A DNA stretch of 64,000 bases from Synechococcus sp. (lineage in GTDB: Bacteria; Cyanobacteriota; Cyanobacteriia; PCC-6307; Cyanobiaceae), in contig JBJBEO010000001.1 of NCBI GenBank assembly GCA_047284725.1, forward strand, positions 1,496,203 through 1,560,202, read 5' to 3'. A program made the translations under genes and the position numbers. The notes beneath the pieces are model-generated. The model saw only the letters and a list, made by a program, of their open reading frames with translations, did not search any database and had not been told where the DNA came from. Below, piece by piece: positions 39,873-49,951 of the stretch. The first letter of the stretch is position 1; each line of letters starts with the position of its first letter.

Positions 39873-40493
39873 CTAAGCCAGGCACTGACGCGCAAAGCCA
39901 TCCATCCTCTGGATGGCCAGTTGCAGATTCTGTTCAAGGCTGCGCCCTGTGCTCTTACGAGGCTTGAAGCTGTGATCACCATCGGGAATCCACTCCACCG
40001 TGACCGTCGCTGGCAGCCCGTAGGTTTCAACCTCCCCAGGCTTGCCGAAGCTGTCCCGCTCTCCCTGCAGCACCAGCAATGGGCGCTCGAGGTTCATCAG
40101 ATGGTCGGTCCGTAAGGCATCGGGCTTACCCGGCGGGTGAAACGGATAGCCAAGACAGACACCACCCAGCACGCTTGGGGGAAGAACTTGCGTTGCCAAC
40201 AGATGGCTGGCAATCCTGCCACCCATGGATTTACCGCTGAGGATCAGGTTGGGGCGATCGTTGAGGACGTCGATCTGGTCGTGAAAACTGCCCTCCAACA
40301 CCGGGGCACGATCAGGGGCTGCTTTTCTGCCAGTCGCTCGAGAGCGCTGCATGTAAGGGAAGTCAAAGCGCACAACACCCCATCCGAGCCCAGCCAATCC
40401 TTCAGAGATCAGTTGCAAAAAAGGACTGTCCATCGGAGCACCAGCTCCATGGGCAAGAAGAAAACTGACCGGCGCATCGGCCGGTCCGTCCAT
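39873..40493 (-). CDS. Alpha/beta hydrolase (KANL3/Tex30-like)
   Basis: AHGAGAPMDS, GKSMGGR, GYPFHPPG, QGERD and GDHS. Confidence 0.9.
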   Translation of the reverse strand: MDGPADAPVSFLLAHGAGAPMDSPFLQLISEGLAGLGWGVVRFDFPYMQRSRATGRKAAPDRAPVLEGSFHDQIDVLNDRPNLILSGKSMGGRIASHLLATQVLPPSVLGGVCLGYPFHPPGKPDALRTDHLMNLERPLLVLQGERDSFGKPGEVETYGLPATVTVEWIPDGDHSFKPRKSTGRSLEQNLQLAIQRMDGFARQCLA

Positions 40494-40578
40494 TAACTGA
40501 GTTGAAACCAACGAAGCCAAGCGACCACGGAGGTCATTGTGAAGCCCCAACCTGCCATGGCCTCTTCAATCAACCCAT

Positions 40579-40830
40579 TCAAGCAACAGCGTGATTGTCA
40601 GCCTGCTGGGGTTGATTCATCAGAAAATCAGCCACATCACCTCGAACACTTAAAAGCTGACCATTCACCGCCATCTGCCAGATCTCAACGCGTCCCTCCA
40701 GGGGAGCGGTGAACCAGCAGAACTCGGAAGGCATCACAACCTTTTCGAGATAAAAACTGTGCGGACCGACACATTTGAGGACCACCATTTTGGGCGTCTC
40801 GTTTTTGTAGACACATTCATGCATCGCCAA
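40579..40830 (-). CDS. DUF1830 protein
   Basis: YKNET..MVVLKC, YLEKVVMP and FTAP. Confidence 0.75.
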   Translation of the reverse strand: MAMHECVYKNETPKMVVLKCVGPHSFYLEKVVMPSEFCWFTAPLEGRVEIWQMAVNGQLLSVRGDVADFLMNQPQQADNHAVA

Positions 40831-40926
40831 GTGGACATCGTTACATCGACCATCACCCCAGGAGCCATCAAGGTTTGTCTGATCAGCGACACCCAGAAAA
40901 AAAATTTCGTTTTTCTTCGGAAATCC

Positions 40927-41355
40927 TCAGGAGACAAAGCGCCTGTACAGCCAGCGCACCGCAGGTCCCAAGAGGGGCACAGGGCCAAAGGTCGGCCCGA
41001 CGAAATCGAAATAGTCGCGATGATCACACACCTTTCCCTCCTTATTCAAGCGCAGGCGACTGACCCCCGGATAGACAAACTCGATGCCCTTGATCATCAG
41101 ACCCATTTCCCATTCCACAAAGGCCATCTCATGGTCGACAACCACCAGGGAAGGCAGGAGATAGACATCATCACAGCGGCGGATCAATCCCTCCTGGGCA
41201 GCGATGTAAGCCGCGATCCCCTGGTGCTGCTGGGTTGGATCTTCAAAATGCACTTCCTCGGCATAGAGGGCGCGCCATTGCTCTTCCGTTGGTGCGGACG
41301 CCCCATAGGGCTTAGTGAAGAGCGCCCGCAGGCTCTCGACGGTCAGAGAAGTCAT
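40927..41355 (-). CDS. NTF2/SnoaL-like protein
   Basis: LYAEEVHFEDP, GVSRL and HRDYFD. Confidence 0.85.
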   Translation of the reverse strand: MTSLTVESLRALFTKPYGASAPTEEQWRALYAEEVHFEDPTQQHQGIAAYIAAQEGLIRRCDDVYLLPSLVVVDHEMAFVEWEMGLMIKGIEFVYPGVSRLRLNKEGKVCDHRDYFDFVGPTFGPVPLLGPAVRWLYRRFVS

Positions 41356-41398
41356 GACGTGCCGCGGATACAACGGATTCGCGTTGATCTTGACCGAG

Positions 41399-41650
41399 AT
41401 GCATAGGCTCTTGCGACCGACTCGTCTCACCGTGCCGCAGGACGCCTTCCGATACGAACCCCTGGAAGCCTTTGGGGAAGGGCTCACGACCCGGCGCCCC
41501 TGGAACACGGGATCCCTGCGCTTCGTCGAACAATTGAACGGACGCGTGGCGATGCTCGGCTTCACGGCTGCAGTGGTGGGAGAACTCACCACCGGCGATG
41601 GTCCTGCTGGTCAGGTCATGGACCTGGTCCGCTGGTATCTATCGCTCTGA
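41399..41650 (+). CDS. hli: High-light inducible protein
   Basis: EQLNGRVAMLGF...ELTTG. Start is uncertain. Confidence 0.88.
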   Translation: MHRLLRPTRLTVPQDAFRYEPLEAFGEGLTTRRPWNTGSLRFVEQLNGRVAMLGFTAAVVGELTTGDGPAGQVMDLVRWYLSL

Positions 41651-41664
41651 AGCTGTCGCCGAGG

Positions 41665-42924
41665 TCAGTCCTGCAGAAAAGGCCTTGGGTCTTGATCAAA
41701 GCGGTGGTCCACAGGCAGAACGTCCGGCTGATCCGGCCCATCCAGAGCGGCTGTCTGTTCCAGAGCCTGTCGAAAGGCACGACCACTCAGGAGAGGCATG
41801 TCGCGTGGAACGGAGATGCGATCCCGCAAGTAGCGAAGCCCCAGGGCGGATCCAGCCTCAGGTTGCACGGCTCGACCCTGAAGCATCAAGGTGAGCGCCG
41901 CCCGCAGAGGCTGATCCAACCCATCACGTAGAGGATTGCGCGCCATCAGGACTGAGCGATGTCGCAGCACTGGATCGAGGGCACGCAAAGGGACATCAAC
42001 CCTTTCAGCCTCCAGCCGCCTATCAGCGGTCACCCCATGCAGCTCTGAGCGTCCCAGACCTTCGCCACGGTCGATCAGCTCAGCAAACCGACGCTGCAGC
42101 TCAGAACCATTGGGCCAGCAGCCACCCATCTGCGGTGGCAGATCGTGGGCATGGGTATGGAAATCACTTTGCGTCCCCCGGTAAGTGGGCAGCTGCTCCA
42201 GAGCGATGAACCAACGATCGATCTCTGGGTGCTCCTGGCGCAGCAGAAAACCCTTGAAATACGCCAACGAGGCATTCATCCGCTCGACGTAGGGCACAAA
42301 CACCAAATCAGCACAACCAGGGGCTTGGGCCCAAGCACCCTTCGGGTCCAGCCAGGTCCCACCACCTGCCAGCAAAGCCTCTTCCATGCGACGGGCCACT
42401 GCCTGAAACTGCTGCTGTGCCTGGTGCTCCTGCCGTTCGTTGAGACCTGGCGTGCATAACCACACGCACCAGGCCCGAAACAGCAGTCGCTCCAGCTGAC
42501 GCAGCTGACGCACATGCGGATCAAGCATCGAAGTGCCCAGCGGGCCAAATGCCCGCTCCAGGGCCAGGAGGATCTCATCGCTCTCAGTGATCAAGCGGCC
42601 ATCCAGCTCCAGAGCCGGCAACATCCCCGAAGGAACCTTGGCCGTGAACCAAGGCTCCTTCGGGCCGTAACAGCGCATCGTCACCTTGCGGATGCGATAA
42701 GGCACGCGCCGGAACTCCAGCCATAACCACACCTTCTGGCAGTAGGGGCACCATGCGTGGTGATCGCGGTACAGCGTGACGCGAACCGCTGCATCGGATT
42801 GGCCAAACAGACGCAGCTGGGCCTGGGCATTCGCAGGACCATTGACGCGGTCCTGCGGTGCAGGGGCCATCGCCTCCAGCGCCTCCCAACTCAGGGCCTG
42901 ATCAAGACCGGAGGAGGCAGCCAT
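41665..42924 (-). CDS. Glutathione S-transferase family protein
   Basis: AWCPYCQKV, GMLPA, ITES and THAHDLPPQ. Confidence 0.9.
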   Translation of the reverse strand: MAASSGLDQALSWEALEAMAPAPQDRVNGPANAQAQLRLFGQSDAAVRVTLYRDHHAWCPYCQKVWLWLEFRRVPYRIRKVTMRCYGPKEPWFTAKVPSGMLPALELDGRLITESDEILLALERAFGPLGTSMLDPHVRQLRQLERLLFRAWCVWLCTPGLNERQEHQAQQQFQAVARRMEEALLAGGGTWLDPKGAWAQAPGCADLVFVPYVERMNASLAYFKGFLLRQEHPEIDRWFIALEQLPTYRGTQSDFHTHAHDLPPQMGGCWPNGSELQRRFAELIDRGEGLGRSELHGVTADRRLEAERVDVPLRALDPVLRHRSVLMARNPLRDGLDQPLRAALTLMLQGRAVQPEAGSALGLRYLRDRISVPRDMPLLSGRAFRQALEQTAALDGPDQPDVLPVDHRFDQDPRPFLQD

Positions 42925-43026
42925 GCGAGAAAAGCCATGCAGGGCTGCCCATGATGACGCCTCCGCATCCAGCACGAAGCGGCCTCTGAGCTCGGACCGC
43001 CTCAGCCAGGACCACAGCACAACGAT

Positions 43027-43064
43027 TGACACAGATGTACTAGTTGACTAGAACAGGCGTACCA
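43027..43064. promoter_or_regulatory. Tandem LexA (SOS)-like boxes overlapping a promoter
   Basis: TGACACAGATGTACTA and TAGAACAGGCGTACCA. The reverse complement of the second fits RGTAC-N4-GTWCB. A -35 TTGACA lies at 43026-43031. Confidence 0.6.
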
Positions 43065-43152
43065 GCAGCAGGCCCATGGCGCCCAGCTCCCCTTACGCCC
43101 CGTTTCAAGCCGAGGAGTGGATGCGCACCGCTGCCATCACCCCCCGTAAGCG

Positions 43153-43401
43153 ATGCCAAAGCACGGTTGGATCCAGGATCCCCGCACGAGCGAAACCAAA
43201 CGCTTCCACGCCGACGAAAAAAGCTGGTCCCGTGACCCCCGTGTGTTTGTGGATTCAGGGAGACCTATTCCAGGGGAAGCTCCCCTGCTGAAGACAAGGG
43301 TGCACCTGCGGAGGGATACCGCCGAATTGCTCTGGAAGGAGTTGTTGCGCGTGGGCTGGCGGACGTGTTCACCCCAATGGGGAAGCGACAGCGAACTCTG
43401 A
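43153..43401 (+). CDS. DUF1651 protein
   Basis: GWIQDP...KRF...VFVDSG...PLLKTR...W..L...GW...PQW. Confidence 0.8.
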   Translation: MPKHGWIQDPRTSETKRFHADEKSWSRDPRVFVDSGRPIPGEAPLLKTRVHLRRDTAELLWKELLRVGWRTCSPQWGSDSEL

Positions 43402-43415
43402 GACAGGCTGCGACC

Positions 43416-43688
43416 TCAACCGAAGTGATAGTGCTTCTTGACGGGCTTGGTCACCGTCCAGGTGCAGTCGAGCCCGGCAGAGAACTCCACCAAGTCACCA
43501 GCGACAAGCTCGACAGGTTGGCCATGCTTGGGGATCACCGTCACCTCACCTTCCAACAAGAGGCAGATTTCCTTTTGGTCGTAATGCCAGGAGAACGTGC
43601 TCACCTCACAGGCCCATACAGGCCAATCACGGACACCCAAGGCAATGATCACACTCTCCGGGCATGGGGAGGTCACCTTGATTGCCAC
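43416..43688 (-). CDS. Cupin DUF861 protein
   Basis: WPVWACE, EICLLLEGEV, GDLV.F..G..C.W and KHY. Confidence 0.88.
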   Translation of the reverse strand: MAIKVTSPCPESVIIALGVRDWPVWACEVSTFSWHYDQKEICLLLEGEVTVIPKHGQPVELVAGDLVEFSAGLDCTWTVTKPVKKHYHFG

Positions 43689-43708
43689 GTCACCACACCT
43701 GCGATGGA

Positions 43709-45019
43709 TCAGGTCCCATCATTGCGCGGCGCTTGGCCATCACCGGCAGTCAAACCGCGCTGCCACTGCCCCACTTGACGAAGTGCAAGCCCGCACACCA
43801 GCCCCAACAGCAGGCCGACAACACTGAGTGGTCCGAGCTGACCAACGCCCACCATGACGGCCGAGACCCACACACCGGCCCACAGCCACGGACGAAGCCC
43901 CCGCAGGCGCTTCAGGGCCTTGGAACAACTGCGGCAGTGGCGGGTGTGGCTCTGATAACGATCCATCAAGGCTTCCAGGTTCTGCCGGGGAGGCAGAGGT
44001 GTGCCCGCGAACGGTTCGCCGCCGTGGTCACGGATCCAGCGATGCAAGGCCGCCACATACAGATCAGCAGGACAGGGAAGGAAGAACGAACGCTCAATGG
44101 AGCCGGTGCCACCAGCCGCCTCCAGCACCCTTTCCTGCCAGTGAAGAAACACCTGATCGTCTTCGAGCACCTTGTGGTTGCCGATGTGCTGAAGCCAGCG
44201 CGGCCTCAACCCGAGCAACAGCTTCGGCGCAGGTGACTGGAACTGAAAGGGGAAGCGAGCGAAGAGGCGGCATTCCCCCCGGCGAATCGGCACTGCGTAA
44301 ACCACGGTGAGGATGCGCGCGAATCCCTTGGCTGTGAGGTCATGCCACATCAACTGAGGCGCACGAAAGCACGTGAACTGCGCCCCCAGAGCACCGCGCC
44401 GCGGGCCTTCTTCCCAGATCGCTTCAAAACCGCTGGGGCCTTCACGGCTGATCTCTGGTCGCACCGGGCCGGCATTGGTCCTGCGTCCCACGGTGCGGTG
44501 GTGCGTGAATGGCACATGACTCACGTCCAAGACATTTTCCAGCAACGTCAGGGCGTCCATGGGTAGGTCGCGGAACGTGTCCTGCACGGTCCAGCTGGAC
44601 GGCGCCTCATCCAGACATGGAATCAGGGGCAGAGCGGTGCGATCAGCACGGGAAGGGTCGCCCGTCCAGACAAACAGGAGCCCCTGCGCAGTCGCCGTGG
44701 GTAAGGAATTGCATCGCGCTCGTCCACTGTCAGAACGCACCCCCTCCTCAGCCTGGGGGATGCGCTGGCAGCGCCCATCTCCATCAAAACTCCAGCCGTG
44801 ATAAGGGCACTCGAGCCGTCCATCCTGATTGATTCGCCCTTCGCTGAGAGGCACCAGCCGATGGGGACAAACGTCGGGGAACGCACGCCATTGATCCCCT
44901 TGACGATCCCACCAAAACACCAGATCCCGCTCCAGCAGGGTGAAGCGACTCGGTTTGGACGGATCCAGATCACCCAGATAGGCCACAGGCCACCACTGTT
45001 CAGTCCAGATGGGATGCAT
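43709..45019 (-). CDS. Rieske oxygenase (PaO/Tic55/Lls1-like)
   Basis: CPHR...CPYHGW Rieske motif, ENVLDVSHVPFTH and HTRHCRSC. Confidence 0.9.
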   Translation of the reverse strand: MHPIWTEQWWPVAYLGDLDPSKPSRFTLLERDLVFWWDRQGDQWRAFPDVCPHRLVPLSEGRINQDGRLECPYHGWSFDGDGRCQRIPQAEEGVRSDSGRARCNSLPTATAQGLLFVWTGDPSRADRTALPLIPCLDEAPSSWTVQDTFRDLPMDALTLLENVLDVSHVPFTHHRTVGRRTNAGPVRPEISREGPSGFEAIWEEGPRRGALGAQFTCFRAPQLMWHDLTAKGFARILTVVYAVPIRRGECRLFARFPFQFQSPAPKLLLGLRPRWLQHIGNHKVLEDDQVFLHWQERVLEAAGGTGSIERSFFLPCPADLYVAALHRWIRDHGGEPFAGTPLPPRQNLEALMDRYQSHTRHCRSCSKALKRLRGLRPWLWAGVWVSAVMVGVGQLGPLSVVGLLLGLVCGLALRQVGQWQRGLTAGDGQAPRNDGT

Positions 45020-45072
45020 GGGGCCTCAGGAAGAAGAGCCATGATCGCTTCCACTGCGTTGCATCTGTGGTG

Positions 45073-45567
45073 ATGAACCAACCCGATGGGTCGAGCCTGA
45101 GGGCACTGGAGCGTCAGGTGCGTCCAAACGGGACAGGCCTTGAGGCCTCAACCCTGCAGGGATGCTGGCGTCTTCAGACGGTATGGGCCAAAGGGGCTTC
45201 AGCCTCATCACCGCTGAGCAGCTGGGCACTGCAGGGCATGCAGGCAAGGCTTGAGCTGAGGCACCGCCATGGCCAGGAGCTCCAGGTGAGCAATGCCGTC
45301 AACCTGGGTCCACTGGAACTGCGTTTCACGGGAGAGGGACATCTGAGAGGAAAGCGCCCCCTGTTGATGTTCAGCTTCCAGACCATGACGGTCAACGCCT
45401 GGGGCCATTCTCTGATGGAACGAACGCTTCCATCGCCAGCGCCCCAGCGCTGGCCCTTCTTTGCCCTCATCGCCCGCAGCCCTGAGGGGTGGCTGGCGGC
45501 GAGGGGCCGGGGCGGTGGGCTAGCGCTATGGCGGCTCGACCAATCACCAGAGGCGGATGAAGAATGA
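45073..45567 (+). CDS. PAP/fibrillin-like protein
   Basis: LQGCWRL, PFFALI and AARGRGGGLALW. Confidence 0.7.
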   Translation: MNQPDGSSLRALERQVRPNGTGLEASTLQGCWRLQTVWAKGASASSPLSSWALQGMQARLELRHRHGQELQVSNAVNLGPLELRFTGEGHLRGKRPLLMFSFQTMTVNAWGHSLMERTLPSPAPQRWPFFALIARSPEGWLAARGRGGGLALWRLDQSPEADEE

Positions 45568-46531
45568 CCCCAAGACACGAATGCCTTCCATCCCGATGCC
45601 AATCGACGAAGGGCCATTCGGATCGCCACCCAAAACTCGCCGTCGTGACTACGGCTATGTGCTGGGCCAGACCCTTTGGCGCATGCGCTTCGATCTCATG
45701 CTGCTGAGCGGCCTCTGCGCTCTGGTGATCAACGACCTCGTTCCAGAGGAGGAATGGCTTCACAGCGCCATGGTGGTGCGCATCCTCGGCATCGCTGTCG
45801 CCATTTTCATCGGCTTTCGCAATACCCAAGCCATCGGCCGCTGGTGGGAAGCGCGCAAGCTTTGGGGCTCGGTGGTGAACCAGAGCCGCAACTGGCATGA
45901 CAACATCATTTCCCTGCTGAACGCTCAGCAACTGAAAAGCCGGCGGGGCCAACGCCTTGTGGCTTTGCAGGTCGCGATGGTGTGGCAGCTCAATTTCCAA
46001 CTCCGCAACCGCTGGCATCGCGATCTACGGCAACTTCAGGATCAGCTGCTGATCAGCCTCAAGGTTCCAACAACAACAGACCTGCGAGGACTGGGGCGTG
46101 CACGGGCCCAGGCCGTTCAGGCGCTGCATCAAGACGCCTGGATTGAGGCAGAAGGGAGGCGGCAGCTGATGACAGTGACCGATGCCTTCAACGATGCTGT
46201 CGGCGGTCTTGAGCGCATTCGCAACACCCCTCTTCCAGCGTCCTATGACGTCTTCGTTCGCTTGATCAACTGGGTGTTCGGCTGGGCACTGCTGGAGGAA
46301 TTTCACCGGCAGAACGTTGGGCCCGGCATCGCCATGGGTGCTCTCATTTTTCTCTGCTTCCTCACCGCCGAACGCATCGGTGCCTACGTGGAAGGTCCCT
46401 TTGATGCCGATGGAAGCAGTTTCTCTCTGCCCCTGAACGCCATCTGTCTCACCATCAGCAGGAATCTGATGGGTGAGCAGTTCGAACATCTGCTGCATCA
46501 CGACAGCAATGACCCTGTGCGCTGGACCTAG
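45557..46531 (+). CDS. Bestrophin-family ion channel
   Basis: IGFRN...RWWEARKLWG, LERIRNTPLP and EGPF. Start is uncertain. Confidence 0.88.
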   Translation: MKNDPKTRMPSIPMPIDEGPFGSPPKTRRRDYGYVLGQTLWRMRFDLMLLSGLCALVINDLVPEEEWLHSAMVVRILGIAVAIFIGFRNTQAIGRWWEARKLWGSVVNQSRNWHDNIISLLNAQQLKSRRGQRLVALQVAMVWQLNFQLRNRWHRDLRQLQDQLLISLKVPTTTDLRGLGRARAQAVQALHQDAWIEAEGRRQLMTVTDAFNDAVGGLERIRNTPLPASYDVFVRLINWVFGWALLEEFHRQNVGPGIAMGALIFLCFLTAERIGAYVEGPFDADGSSFSLPLNAICLTISRNLMGEQFEHLLHHDSNDPVRWT

Positions 46532-46562
46532 GCGAGGTCGCCTGCGTCAGCCTTCAGCGGGA

Positions 46563-47258
46563 TCAGTCCTGGCCAGGGGTGAGAAACGGCTCAAGGAACT
46601 GGAGGGGATTGGCCATGGATGCCGAGAAGCCCAGGATGCCGGGATCGCGATGCTCGTAAAGCATGGAATCATCGGCATCCAGCAGAAACGTGGCGCCCCT
46701 TTGGGTGATGTAGTCATCGCAAGGCACATACGTGCGCCATCGTCCGAGCACCTCCACCATGTTCTGCAGACGCACGCTTGCAAGCTCAAACGGTCTCTGG
46801 AAGCCTTCTCCCCCAGCCCAACGAAACAGAGGCGTCGTCAAGCGCTGCGGGGCCGAACGATCTCCGGTGTAACCACGCAACACTTCGGCCAGGGTGCCAG
46901 GGGAACCGATGCCGGCACACATCAAGAGCAAATTGGGCCAGGGGCCACCTGGCACCTGAAGCCCCTGATACAACCCCAAAGCGGTATGCAAGCGGTTGTC
47001 GGCTTCCACCTGCAGGCATGTCCGAGGAAAACCGGTGAAGGCACAGAAGCGATCGGCACTGGATCCATCACCGATACCAACCGCCAGGAGGCGTATGCCC
47101 GCCATCTGAATCCGTGGCAAGGCCGCCACCAGAGCCTGGGCGTATTCGAGGGAATCGAAGTCACCAAGCTGACTCCAAAGCAGCACCAACCGGCGTGCAC
47201 CCGTCGCCATCCCGTCCGCGCCCTCCAACCTTTGCAGCAGTGCCTGGGGTGCCTTCAT
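46563..47258 (-). CDS. AhpC/TSA-2 peroxiredoxin-like protein
   Basis: QLGDFDSLEY, RPFELA and QRGATF. Confidence 0.82.
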   Translation of the reverse strand: MKAPQALLQRLEGADGMATGARRLVLLWSQLGDFDSLEYAQALVAALPRIQMAGIRLLAVGIGDGSSADRFCAFTGFPRTCLQVEADNRLHTALGLYQGLQVPGGPWPNLLLMCAGIGSPGTLAEVLRGYTGDRSAPQRLTTPLFRWAGGEGFQRPFELASVRLQNMVEVLGRWRTYVPCDDYITQRGATFLLDADDSMLYEHRDPGILGFSASMANPLQFLEPFLTPGQD

Positions 47259-47282
47259 CTCTCGTCAGCGTGAACTCCAGGC

Positions 47283-47747
47283 ATGATCGCCAAATCCCCT
47301 GCTGCAGCGCTGGCCATGACCTCCCTGATTGCCCTGACCCTCCCCTGGGTGCTCGGCCTGTTCCATCTGGTGGGCCCCGTACCGCTCGACCTCGGCCTTC
47401 AGGGTTCGCAGCTCCGCCCCTGCACCAGCCCAGCCCACTGCGCCGAGCGTGTTTGGAGCGTTAAGGACACCGCCATCGCCATGGACGTCCTCAAGCAGGC
47501 TCTCCTCGTCAGCCCACGCACCACCGTGATCACCGACGACCCCGAGCAGAGCTACCTGCATGCCACCGCCAGCACACCGCTGATGGGGTTTGTGGATGAT
47601 GTCGAGCTCCATGTCGATCAAACCAACAGCAGAATCGAAGCCCGTTCGGAATCACGGTTGGGGGAGTCGGATCTCGGCGTGAATGGTCAACGACTCAATT
47701 CGCTTGAACGGGCCCTGAAGGATGCACGCATGCCTGCTAAGCCATAA
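47283..47747 (+). CDS. DUF1499 protein
   Basis: LRPC...HC, GFVDDVE and SRLGESDLGVN..R. Confidence 0.88.
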   Translation: MIAKSPAAALAMTSLIALTLPWVLGLFHLVGPVPLDLGLQGSQLRPCTSPAHCAERVWSVKDTAIAMDVLKQALLVSPRTTVITDDPEQSYLHATASTPLMGFVDDVELHVDQTNSRIEARSESRLGESDLGVNGQRLNSLERALKDARMPAKP

Positions 47748-47831
47748 ACAAGACGGGTGGCCGCCCACGGCTGCAGGCGTCTCGAGCCAACCAGCTCAGC
47801 CCGATGACTCCTCAAGGCAATGAATCGTGCA

Positions 47832-48500
47832 TCACCATGAGGCGAGAGCCTGGTCCAGACTGACCTGGGGCTGATCGGCACGGCTGGTGATTTCAATCAC
47901 GTGGCCGATGGAAGCCGGCGTATGCAATGCGTCAACACAACAACGGGCCACCAGCCTGCGGGGAATGGAATCACTCTCCTGCTGGTCAGCCTGGGAATAG
48001 ACAATGCCCTCGGCATCGCCCCCTTCTTCCCGTTCGGACAATCCACCAGGTCGAATCACCGTCCAATCCAGACCGCTGGTTTCAAGCGCTTGTTCTCCAA
48101 TCCGCTTCCACACCAGGATCAAACCAAACAGATTGAGAGGATGGCGCCACCTCCCTGAGCACAGGGAACTGACCAAGACCACACGGCGGACACCCACGCG
48201 CAGACAACTCTGCACCTGGCGTTGCACCCCCCAGGCATCCACCCGCATCGGCCCAGTGAGATCGATCGATGGTCTGGCACCCGTGGCGATCACCAGAGCA
48301 TCAACGCCCCGCAACGCTGCATCCAAAGCAGGAGAATCACCAAGGTCAAGACGGCGCTGGTCAGCGCCATTGAGTGACTCGGGAATCTGGGATTGAGCCC
48401 GGAGCAGCAAACGGGCTGTGTCCCCCCTGCGCTGCACCTCCTCAGCGATCCGAAACCCTGTCTTGCCGGATGCGCCACTGATCGCAACGGTGAAGCCCAT
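47832..48500 (-). CDS. Atypical SDR / NAD(P)H-binding protein
   Basis: SGASGKTG, LVSS and WTVIRPGGL. Confidence 0.88.
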   Translation of the reverse strand: MGFTVAISGASGKTGFRIAEEVQRRGDTARLLLRAQSQIPESLNGADQRRLDLGDSPALDAALRGVDALVIATGARPSIDLTGPMRVDAWGVQRQVQSCLRVGVRRVVLVSSLCSGRWRHPLNLFGLILVWKRIGEQALETSGLDWTVIRPGGLSEREEGGDAEGIVYSQADQQESDSIPRRLVARCCVDALHTPASIGHVIEITSRADQPQVSLDQALASW

Positions 48501-48548
48501 GGTGTGTAGAAGCGGATGCGACGCTAACGGTCACGACGAACAGGCGCC

Positions 48549-48788
48549 ATGGCGTTGAAACCCGCAAAGGCGTGGACCAGCCGTCAACCGGTGGCCGGCT
48601 ACCGCCATTTCCGCCTGGTGCTGCAGGGGGGGAAAGGCAGCCAACGATGGGTGGAGCTGGCCGCCGTGCTCGATGCCGGCACGCGCGCACGCATTGCCTG
48701 GCGCGATCTCCATGACCGCGAGCAGTGGACAAGCGGATGGCAGCGGTTCCCCCCAGATGATGACGGCAGTCTCACCAAGGGTGTGTGA
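48549..48788 (+). CDS. TIGR02450-type Trp-rich protein
   Basis: AWTS..P..GYRHF and W..GW. Confidence 0.75.
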   Translation: MALKPAKAWTSRQPVAGYRHFRLVLQGGKGSQRWVELAAVLDAGTRARIAWRDLHDREQWTSGWQRFPPDDDGSLTKGV

Positions 48789-48855
48789 TGAACATCGGCG
48801 AACCCTGCTTCCGGGTCACCATGAGGTTGCAGGAGCGGCTTGTGTGATGCCACCG

Positions 48856-49002
48856 ATGTTTCAGTGCCTGATCTGCGGGCAGACGATTGAGCGTTCGATG
48901 CGCTCATTCTGGAAGCGTAAAGGCCATCTGCTCTGCTCCACATGCCGGGATCGACTAGACAGTGGCGAGACCAGCCACAATGAGCCCTCGGCTCCGCAAT
49001 GA
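48856..49002 (+). CDS. Small Zn-ribbon-like protein
   Basis: CLIC...CSTC. Confidence 0.5.
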   Translation: MFQCLICGQTIERSMRSFWKRKGHLLCSTCRDRLDSGETSHNEPSAPQ

Positions 49003-49026
49003 TGCGCGGAATCGCAATTCAGTGCT

Positions 49027-49674
49027 GTGGTCGTGGAGGTGCTGAAGCCAGCTCAACGCTTCAAACTCGACCGTGAAGACGACGCAATCTTTTATCGCGA
49101 TCCCCGCTTTGTGCATCACCTCGATGAGGCGTTTCGCGACCGACTCACCAGGTTGTATCGGGAACGCATTCCGCCCTGCGCCACGGTGCTCGACCTGATG
49201 TCGTCATGGGTGTCCCATCTCCCCGACGACCTTCGCTACGAGAGGGTGATCGGCCATGGCCTCAACGAGCAGGAACTTGCGGCGAATTCCCGGCTTGACA
49301 GCTACTGGATGCAGAACCTGAACCTGGATCAGAGCCTGCCTCTTCCCGACGCCTTTGTGGACGTGACCCTGATCGTGGCGGGCTGGCAGTATCTGCAATA
49401 CCCAGAAGCTGTCGCAGCCGAACTGATGAGGATCACCCGCCCGGCGGGCGAAGTGATCGTCTCCTTTTCCAACCGGATGTTTTTCACCAAGGCACCGCAG
49501 ATCTGGACGGATGGCGACGACCACCAGCATCTCGCTTACGTGAGCGAGGTGCTGGTGGCTCAAGGCTGGCGAAAGCCCGAAACCTTCGTAGAGACGACAC
49601 GCCCCCAAGGCTTGATGGGCCTGCTCGGAACGCAGGGTGACCCCTTTTTTGCAGTGTCAGCCCGAAAACCCTGA
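49027..49674 (+). CDS. SAM-dependent methyltransferase
   Basis: FYRDPRFVHHLD, LDLMSSWVSHLP and SFSNRMF. Confidence 0.88.
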   Translation: MVVEVLKPAQRFKLDREDDAIFYRDPRFVHHLDEAFRDRLTRLYRERIPPCATVLDLMSSWVSHLPDDLRYERVIGHGLNEQELAANSRLDSYWMQNLNLDQSLPLPDAFVDVTLIVAGWQYLQYPEAVAAELMRITRPAGEVIVSFSNRMFFTKAPQIWTDGDDHQHLAYVSEVLVAQGWRKPETFVETTRPQGLMGLLGTQGDPFFAVSARKP

Positions 49675-49951
49675 CGGGCTCACGCTGAGACGCAAAGGAC
49701 TCGCAACAGATTCATTGCGAGGTCAACTCGAAAGAGTTAGACAGGCGAAAAACAATGTCCGAAGAACCGAAGCTACCAAAGATTCATGAACGGACAGCCT
49801 CGCCAATCAAAGCATCCTTTCTTGAAAAATACGTCAATAAAGCCAGACCCTCAATCCAGTCTCACCTAAATCTCACTTACAACAATCGAAGGGGGCAAGG
49901 ACCTGACATTGACACTGACGTGTTAGCCGCCTGATCCCTTACAGAAACACC

